Assembly: GCA_965240325.2 (NCBI GenBank) | Contig: OZ251237.1 | Location: 248,001 to 312,000, forward strand | Length of the DNA: 64,000 nt | Source: Rebecca billardiae RCC1528 | Taxonomy: Eukaryota; Protista; Haptophyta | Direction of reading: 5' to 3' | Part shown: positions 1-7,270 of the stretch, piece after piece | Position numbering within the stretch: position 1 is the stretch's first letter | How the letters are laid out: every line of letters begins with the position of its first letter | Notes under the pieces: model-generated | Seen by the model: only the letters and a program-made list of their open reading frames with translations | Database searches by the model: none | Told to the model about the DNA's origin: nothing | Translations under genes and position numbers: made by a program

Positions 1-215
1 AGCTGAGCGCGCGCGTCGTGCTCGAGCTGACCGCGAGCGCGCAGCTCGTCGGTGCGCCGCTGACGCTGCAGCTGGGCATCTGCGCTCCGGCCGAGGAATG
101 GACGGCGCTGGGCGCGCCTGTGACGGTGCCCACGATGACGGCGGAGCCGGGCCCCGAGGCCGCGCAGGCAGCGCAGGCACGCGTAGGCACGCATGTGCCT
201 ACGCGATTACGATGA
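1..215 (+). CDS. 3' end of an unknown gene (partial, runs in from the window edge)
   Basis: Open frame with GC3-rich codons (LSARVVLELTASAQLVGAPLTLQLGICAP...) ends at TGA 213-215 and is followed by an (ATG)n/AT-rich tract like other 3' ends in the window. Confidence 0.45.
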   Translation, partial: LSARVVLELTASAQLVGAPLTLQLGICAPAEEWTALGAPVTVPTMTAEPGPEAAQAAQARVGTHVPTRLR

Positions 216-268
216 TTACGTGCCTGAATTAAAATCGATGATTACGATGATGATGATATTACGTGCCA

Positions 269-2231
269 TTATGGTTGTATAACCGCTCGGTTATGCGGGT
301 ATAACTCACCGGTAGCCCTCATGAGGGCGGGCTGGCAGCCAGGGTCCGGCTGCCTGGAGGTTTTCCGGTCGTCAAGCCGAGCCAGGCCCGGATTGGGCGC
401 GGGCCTGGATTGGCTCAGCAGCTTGGCAAGCGATGCGCGTCTGGGTGCGGCCGCGCTCGCTGGCTGCACCCGCGGCGCGGCGGCCGGCGTGGCTGCTCTG
501 GTCACCGCTGCGCTGGTGGCTGCTCCTCCTCTGGGAGTTGTTTCTTCCAGGTGCGTGTGCGTCGGCGGTAGGCCGCCCTCAGCCCTCGCTCTCTCCACTC
601 GTGCACCTGCCCTGCTTGCTCTCTGCTTTCGATGGGGGCGCCTCGGAGCCGCTTCGAGGCGTCCCCGTCTGCAATCTTCTCATGCTCTATCTGCTTTCGA
701 TGGGGGCGCCTCGGAGCCGCTTCGAGGCGTCCCCGTCTGCAATCTATCTTCTCATGCTCTGCTTTCGATGGGGGCGCCTCGGAACCGCTTCGAGGCGTCC
801 CCGTCTGCAATCTTCTCATGCTCTGCTTTCAATGGGGGCGCCTCGGAACCGCTTCGAGGCGTCCCCGTCTGCAATCTTCTCCTGCTCTGCTTTCGATGGG
901 GGCGCCTGGGAACCGCTCCCAGGCGTCCCCGTCTGCAATCTTCTCACGCTTCGCAGTCTCGCTTGCCTTCATCGCCTGGCGGGTGGGTGCTGCTCTTTCC
1001 TTCTCTGCCGCCTCCTCTGCAGTCTGCCGTGCACTGCTGTGTGTGGGATGCGACCTGCTACCTTATCTGACGCTACGCGTGCGTGTCTCGCGCCTGCTTC
1101 CCGCCTGCGCCGCCGCCGCCGCGCATGTCTTCGTGCCCACTGTCTCATGCCGTCTGGATCGTCCTTACTCATACAACCCTGCGGGGAGCCCCTCTGGGCC
1201 TCTGCCGCCTTCGGTCCTCGCGCTACCCCTTCGGCGGCCTCGGCCTCTTCGGGCCCCCGGCCACCACCCCTGCGGGGTGTGGCATTCCACACCTCCTTCT
1301 GGGTGGAGGCCCTCGAGGCCTCTGCCTCCTGCGGCGCCGCGCTCTGCCCAAACTTGCGTTGGGGGGGGGCGTCGGCTGCCAGCGCCTGCGGTCTACGTGC
1401 TCCATCGAGTACTTCCTCTTCGGCGTCTAGGCGGTCATCGGCTTCTGTCGGCGTAGTTGCTCGAATGCATCGGCGAGTCCTTCCTGGTCGGCGTCGCATC
1501 CTGGACGGCTTCGGGGGTGTGACCTAGTCACCTCACGCGTTTATCAACGCGGCCCCCACCTCAATCTACTCTCATGTGGGTCTACCGAGTGAGTTATGGT
1601 TGTATAACCGCTCGGTTATGCGGGTATAACTCACCGGTAGCCCTCATGAGGGCGGGCTGGCAGCCAGGGTCCGGCTGCCTGGAGGTTTTCCGGTCGTCAA
1701 GCCGAGCCAGGCCCGGATTGGGCGCGGGCCTGGATTGGCTCAGCAGCTTGGCAAGCGATGCGCGTCTGGGTGCGGCCGCGCTCGCTGGCTGCACCCGCGG
1801 CGCGGCGGCCGGCGTGGCTGCTCTGGTCACCGCTGCGCTGGTGGCTGCTCCTCCTCTGGGAGTTGTTTCTCCCTGCCCTCCCACCCTGCTGGTTGCTGGG
1901 TGGGCATGGCCTTGGGTGCGCGCGGTGTCGGGGGGGTGGAGGCCCTCGAGGCCTCTGCCTCCTGCGGCGCCGCGCTCTGCCCAAACTTGCGTTGGGGGGG
2001 GGGCGTCGGCTGCCAGCGCCTGCGGTCTACGTGCTCCATCGAGTACTTCCTCTTCGGCGTCTAGGCGGTCATCGGCTTCTGTCGGCATAGTTGCTCGAAT
2101 GCATCGGCGAGTCCTTCCTGGTCGGCGTCGCATCCTGGACGGCTTCGGGGGTGTGACCTAGTCACCTCACGCGTTTATCAACGCGGCCCCCACCTCAATC
2201 TACTCTCATGTGGGTCTACCGAGTGAGTTAT
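269..2231. mobile_element. Non-autonomous split-direct-repeat element (A1-X-B1-A2-spacer-B2), PAT/Ngaro-like; alternatively a tandem dimer of a rolling-circle element
   Basis: A1 269-545 matches A2 1594-1870 (277 bp). B1 1301-1596 matches B2 1934-2230 apart from one SNP and one extra G. TTAT occurs at the left end, the B1/A2 junction and the right end. No credible ORF. Confidence 0.7.
621..947 (+). repeat. Five tandem 64-68 bp hairpin-forming repeats
   Basis: Unit CTGCTTTCGATGGGGGCGCCTCGGA(G/A)CCGCTTCGAGGCGTCCCCGTCTGCAATCTTCTCATGCT starts at 623, 691, 759, 823 and 887. Confidence 0.95.
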
Positions 2232-2330
2232 AGGCGGTGGTGATGATTTTCTCGGACGCGAAAGCAGAGCCGCGCTAGCTGCCCTCCCGGATTCATATTG
2301 TCAGCCGATGCAATAAGCGCGGATCGAGCT

Positions 2331-3602
2331 TCATCGAAAGTGCACGCGGCGGTCTGCACTCCCTGCAGGCACGGGCGGGGCGGGAGTGCCGTGAGCGCCA
2401 CGCGGCCGCGGAGCCGGTGCGCGGCCGACGAGCCCAGGAGTCGGGAGCGGGAGGTCCTTTGCCGTCTGCACGAGCGACTGGGCCACGACCAGGCACGCGC
2501 GGCCCAGCGTGAGGTGGCTCCGCCGCCGGAAGAAGGGCCGCTCGCACTCCACCGCCGCCGCCTCGATGCCGAGCATGCCCCACGTCATCAGGCACACGCT
2601 CAGCAGCGCGGGCAGGCCGCGGTCGTACAGCACGGGTAGCGGGCCGAGCATCAGGTACATCACGAGGAAGGTGCGCAGGTGCGCGACGTACACGAAGGGC
2701 AGGGGCGTGAGGTTGATGCGCTCCATCGCGCCGAAGCAGCCGGTCAAGCCCTGAACAAGCTCGTTGAGCCGGTGGTACACCATCGGGCCGAGGTGCTCGT
2801 GCCCCGGCGGCGTGGGCGCGCGCGCCACGGCGCCAATCAGCTCGCGCAGCCGGTTGAGCGCCGTGATCGGCTGGCACGGCGCCTCGAGCAGCTCGTTCGC
2901 CTCCTTGGCGCTCAGCAGCGGGATCAGCTCGTACGCGCGCTTCAGCTCATTCAGACTCGGTCGCAGGTAGTTCTTCGTCGCGACCGGCACGACGCCCAGC
3001 CAGCGCAGCATCGCGTTGCGCTCCGCGGGCGCATGCGCGCAGAAGACGCACGCCTCAGACGCAAAGGCGCGGCACAGCTCCACCAGCTTGCCGAGCGCAG
3101 CACGGGCGTCCCAGTACCGAACCGCGGCGCGGCTGAGCCGGAAGACCAGCAGGAAGCTCACCGTTCCGAGCACGTGCACGAACAGCTCGTCGATGGTGCG
3201 GATGATCATCTCGAAGATCGGCGTTGCCTGGCCGCGCTCTGTGAGGTCGAGGCCGCCGCCGTCACGCGGCCCGATGAGCACGGCGATGAGGACGGCCCAC
3301 ATCGTGACCGCGAGCCACGGCCAGATGATCAGATCGGCGTTGCGCCCGCGCGGGTCCACGACGACTTGCCACGATTCGCGCTCCCACACAATGATGTTGC
3401 CATCGGAGGCGATCAGCGCGTCGATGCGCTCGGCGTTGAGGAGCGCGTCGCACACCTCGTGGTGTGTCTCGGGTGGATGCGCCGGGCCAATGAGACCATC
3501 CTCGCTGTGCTCCGAATCCAAGTGTTTGAGCGGGAACCACTTCGAGCTCGTGTGCCGCAGCAGGCCCCTCGCCATCCAGCCGGCCGGGGCGGAATCTAGC
3601 AC
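2331..3602 (-). CDS. Bestrophin-family (YneE/VCCN/UPF0187-type) anion channel; true start uncertain
   Basis: Motifs LLVFRLSRAAVRYWDAR, MERINLTPLPFVYVAHLRTFL and GIEAAAVECERPF, plus hydrophobic TM segments. The frame stays open upstream to about 3755, and the first in-frame ATG is at about 3575. Confidence 0.9.
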   Translation of the reverse strand: MLDSAPAGWMARGLLRHTSSKWFPLKHLDSEHSEDGLIGPAHPPETHHEVCDALLNAERIDALIASDGNIIVWERESWQVVVDPRGRNADLIIWPWLAVTMWAVLIAVLIGPRDGGGLDLTERGQATPIFEMIIRTIDELFVHVLGTVSFLLVFRLSRAAVRYWDARAALGKLVELCRAFASEACVFCAHAPAERNAMLRWLGVVPVATKNYLRPSLNELKRAYELIPLLSAKEANELLEAPCQPITALNRLRELIGAVARAPTPPGHEHLGPMVYHRLNELVQGLTGCFGAMERINLTPLPFVYVAHLRTFLVMYLMLGPLPVLYDRGLPALLSVCLMTWGMLGIEAAAVECERPFFRRRSHLTLGRACLVVAQSLVQTAKDLPLPTPGLVGRAPAPRPRGAHGTPAPPVPAGSADRRVHFR

Positions 3603-3748
3603 CTCGCGTCCAGCGCGAGGGGCGTGCGGTCTACTACTACTGGTCTGGTGCCGGGTGGTGCCACCTTCTTCAACCTCGTGATCAGCAGCGGCGAGAACAA
3701 CTTTCGATTCGTCGAACCGTGCGTACCCACCCGGGCGGTATCTCCATA

Positions 3749-4860
3749 GTCTAGTTCAGGGGAAAAGTCCGGGAGCCGCCAACACCGTCGGTGTTGGTTC
3801 GCTGGGCATGGCTGCCCTTGTGGTGCGCGGTTGGCGACGAACATATGCCGAGCACGGCGCCAAGACAGCCCGCGCACAGCAGTAGAGACGGGCTAGTGGC
3901 GTCGTACGGCCCCAGCGCGCCCTACCGAGGCGCTTGAGCCGACATCTTGCGCCCAGTTGAGGCCGTACGTTCGTGCGGGCTCGTCGGCACGGCCATTGCC
4001 GGTGTTGGTTCAAACGTGCGGGCGCGGCGCGATGTAGCACACCAAGGTGAGGGGGACTGTGGTAGGGGACGTGTTGGTGTGGTCCTGGCGCGCGCTCTCC
4101 TAGCTCGGCCTTGTCGTACGCCCCATCGGTCTGGAGATTCACGCAAGTAAGGCATCGCTAACGGTTATACCACCACACAGACCATGTTTGGCCATTTCGT
4201 TATGTATTCATGGCTGTGAATGCTGCCTTGCATGCTGCATCACAGTGAGCCTGTTTGGCGCGTGCCGCGCGTGCCATTGCTGCTGACAAGTCGCAGAGCT
4301 ACAGAGGAGCATGTCACAGCACTATGCGTGTCTAAATCCCGGTGGTCGAGTACGCTCACACCTTGTCCGCAAAAGATCGAGCACGCCCATGCCTAGATGC
4401 AGCCGCACACGTGAAGACGGGTGACAGTTGGTGAGCCTTCATGTCAATCCGCGTACTCATACTTCCTCGGAGGCTCTGGCGGGGAAGGGACGCTAGGAGA
4501 GTGCGTGCCAGTACCGCACCAACACGTCCCCCACCACAGTCCCCCTCACCTTGGTGTGCTACATCGCGCCGCGCCCGCACGTTTGAACCAACACCGGCAA
4601 TGGCCGTGCCGACGAGCCCGCACGAACGTACGGCCTCAACTGGGCGCAAGATGTCGGCTCAAGCGCCTCGGTAGGGCGCGCTGGGGCCGTACGACGCCAC
4701 TAGCCCGTCTCTACTGTTGTGCACGGGCCGTCTTGGCGCCGTGCTCGGCATATGTTCGTCGTGAACCGCGCACCACAAGGGCAGCCATGCGCCCAGTGAA
4801 CCAACACCGACGGGTGTTGGTGCGTTTCACGAGCAGTCCGGGTGAATCCCTGAACTAGAC
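3749..4860. mobile_element. Foldback/MITE-like element with ~360-bp terminal inverted repeats, flanked by TA
   Basis: Arms ~3745-4104 and ~4492-4864 are imperfect reverse complements (CATAGTCTAGTTCAGGG / CCCTGAACTAGACTATG). The ~390-bp centre is non-coding. TA lies at 3747-3748 and 4861-4862. Confidence 0.75.
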
Positions 4861-4922
4861 TATGCCGTTTGGCCTCCAGTTTATTGGTGACGATATTTTT
4901 GCGTGCAACATGATGCGCGCTC

Positions 4923-5135
4923 GCCATCACCAGTCCTCGACCTCACCACGTACCCAAGGCCGGGTACGGCAGGTAGCCTGGGCCGGCGGCCCTCGGGGCG
5001 GGCGTCCCCCCGCGTGGAGTGTCAGACTGACTACTCGGAAGATTAGAAGAAGGTCCACATGCCCGAGCGCACGGCGCTGTCCTCGAGCTCACTGACGGGC
5101 CTGTAGGGGCCCCGAGGTCGAGGACTGCTGATGGC
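4923..5135. repeat. 213-bp segment closed by a 22-bp inverted repeat (MITE-like or structured RNA)
   Basis: GCCATCACCAGTCCTCGACCTC (4923-4944) vs GAGGTCGAGGACTGCTGATGGC (5114-5135), one mismatch. Confidence 0.6.
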
Positions 5136-5274
5136 AGCAGGCAAATATATCATCATCAGGAGCCTCGCCCTCGGGATCGCGGCGCGGCAAGCGCGATCGG
5201 GATCAGATGTCCCTGGCATCGCCCTCGCCCTCGGCCCGGGCGCACGTGCGCACGCGGCGGCGCGGCAGGCCCGA

Positions 5275-6977
5275 TCATGGAGTGCCATCGTCCTCGTCGT
5301 CCTCCGGCTTGCCGTCGTCGGCCATGCGCCGCCACACGAGGCAGCCCGCGTTGCTGACGAGCCGCATCGCGGTGAAGTAGGTCGCGACCCACCACAGCGA
5401 GGCGACCGAGCCGCGGCCGGAGCGCACAAGCGCGAGCGCGAGCGCGACGGCCGTGCCGGTGCTGAAGAGCATCGCCCCCGAGAGCGCGGTGTACCCGCCG
5501 AGCGCCATCAGCATGCCCTCGCACAGCAGCATCGGCGCGATCAGCGCCGAGGTCACGACGAGCGGCGCGTGCGGCACGAGCGCGATCACCTCCGCCGAGG
5601 GCGCGAGGACGGAGAGCGGGCCCGGCCGGCAGAGCAAGTGCACGGCCGTCGCGCTGAGGAGGCCGAGCGGCACGGTGACGACGAGCAGCCGGTTGAACGT
5701 GGCGCGCAGCGCCGCGACGCACGCCGCGCGCCGCGCCGCGCCGCCCAGCCCCTCCGCGCCGCGCGCGCGCACGTACCGCGCCGTCAGCTCGGGCACGTAC
5801 GTCTGCGCGGCCGCGGACATGGGCTCGGCGGTCGCGGAGGAGGAGCCCCAGAAGACGGTCGAGGTGATCTGGTGCGCGGCGGCGGAGAGCATGCCGCACG
5901 CGCACGCCCAGCGCGCGAGCAGCGCGTACAGCGCCACGCGGCACACCACCGCGCACATCACGGGCGACGCGACCGCGGCGATGCGCGAGAGCTGGCGCGG
6001 CGACGGCAGGTAGGGCTTCAGGCCGTCGAGCCACGAGCGCGCGCCCGAGCCGGCGGCGGCGGCGGCGGCGCCCGCCTGCGCCGAGGCGCGGCGCACGGCG
6101 GGCAGGAGGGAGCGCGCGTGGAGGCGCGCGGCGATGAAGGCGAGCGCGGCGAACTGCGCCGCGCTCGTCGCCACCGCCGCGCCGCCGATCCCGAGCTGCG
6201 GGCAGAGCAGCACGTCGCCGGCCGCGTTCACGCCCGCCACGACCAGCGTGGTGAGCAGCGGCAGCGTCGAGTCGCGCGCGGCGAACGAGGCCGCGCAGAG
6301 CACCTGCGTGAGGTGGTGCGCGAGGCAGCCCGGGGCGCGGCAGCGCAGGTACAACGCCGTGCGCCCAGCGAACTCGGGCTGCGCGCCCACCGCCGCGCCG
6401 AGCGGCAGCGCGCCGAAGAGCGTGGCCGCCGCATGCACGCAGCCAATCAGCGCGGCGATCACGAGCACGCCGCGCAGCGTCTCGTCCCACGCCTTGCGCT
6501 CCTCGCGCGTGCACGTGGGCGTGGGCACGCGCTCGGGCGCGAGCAGGTTGAGCGTCGCCGTGCCGAGGAACGCGAGCACGTACGACGTGTACTCCATCAC
6601 CGCCGTGCCCATCACCGCCGTGCCCGTACGACGTGTACTCCATCACCGCCGAACGCAGCGACCGCCGCGGTGTCGACGGCGCCGAGCGCAAAGTTGGAGA
6701 GGAAGAGCGCGGCGACGGGCAGGCCGAAGACGACGATCTCGCGGATCGTGGGCGACGAGACGGGCGCCACGCGCAGCGCACGCTCGAGCGAGTCGTCCTC
6801 GTCCAGCACGCCGAGGCCAACGCCGCGGATGGACGAGCGCCGACGCGCGGCGCGCGCGGAGAGGCGTGGCGCCATTCTGACGCCGTGCTGGAGCGCGACG
6901 GGCGCCGAGAGGCGCGGGAGGTGCGTTGTGCTCGCGCTTCCGAGGGCGATCATCGCCATCATCGTCATCATCGTCAT
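5275..6977 (-). pseudogene. MATE-family transporter with a targeting-like N-terminus, frameshifted at ~6580-6651 (pseudogene or assembly error)
   Basis: Upstream frame IREIVVFGLPVAALFLSNFALGAVDTAAV and downstream frame GTAVMEYTSYVLAFLGTATLNLLA...RDSTLPL...VNAAGDVLL...LGIGGAAVATSAAQ...AAHQI are MATE-like. A local nested duplication separates the two frames. Confidence 0.8.
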
Positions 6978-7270
6978 CGTCGTCGCCAGGCGCGCCCGGC
7001 CGGGGCCGGTTTGCAAGGTCCGGCCGGTTGCAGGTCCGGCGACTCAGCGGCGAGGTTGCTGTCCGGAGTTTTGCGAGCGCGGTGGCCGGGGCGGCGGGGC
7101 CCTTGTGGCGGAGAGGAGCGGTGAGCGGCTGAGCGAGTGCGTGATCACACACGCGTGGCCCGCGTGGCCCTCCTCCCGTCCTCGGAGTCGGCGGGCTCGA
7201 GCGAGCGAGCCGGCGAGCCCGCTCCGGCGCCTCCCGCGTCCTCGTCGGCCGTGCGCGCTCGCTCGGGGCG

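Noticed and set aside
621-947. CRISPR array or hammerhead ribozyme array
   Set aside because: No unique spacers and no cas genes in a eukaryotic context; the minus strand has GAAA after a stem but lacks the CUGAnGA core
4156-4185. 5S rRNA-like start GCTAACGGTTATACCAC
   Set aside because: The similarity does not continue; no internal A/C boxes
3751-4860. Foldback element spliced out as an Introner-like intron (GT at 4860, AG at 3751 on the minus strand)
   Set aside because: That splice leaves 4 extra bases and shifts the bestrophin frame
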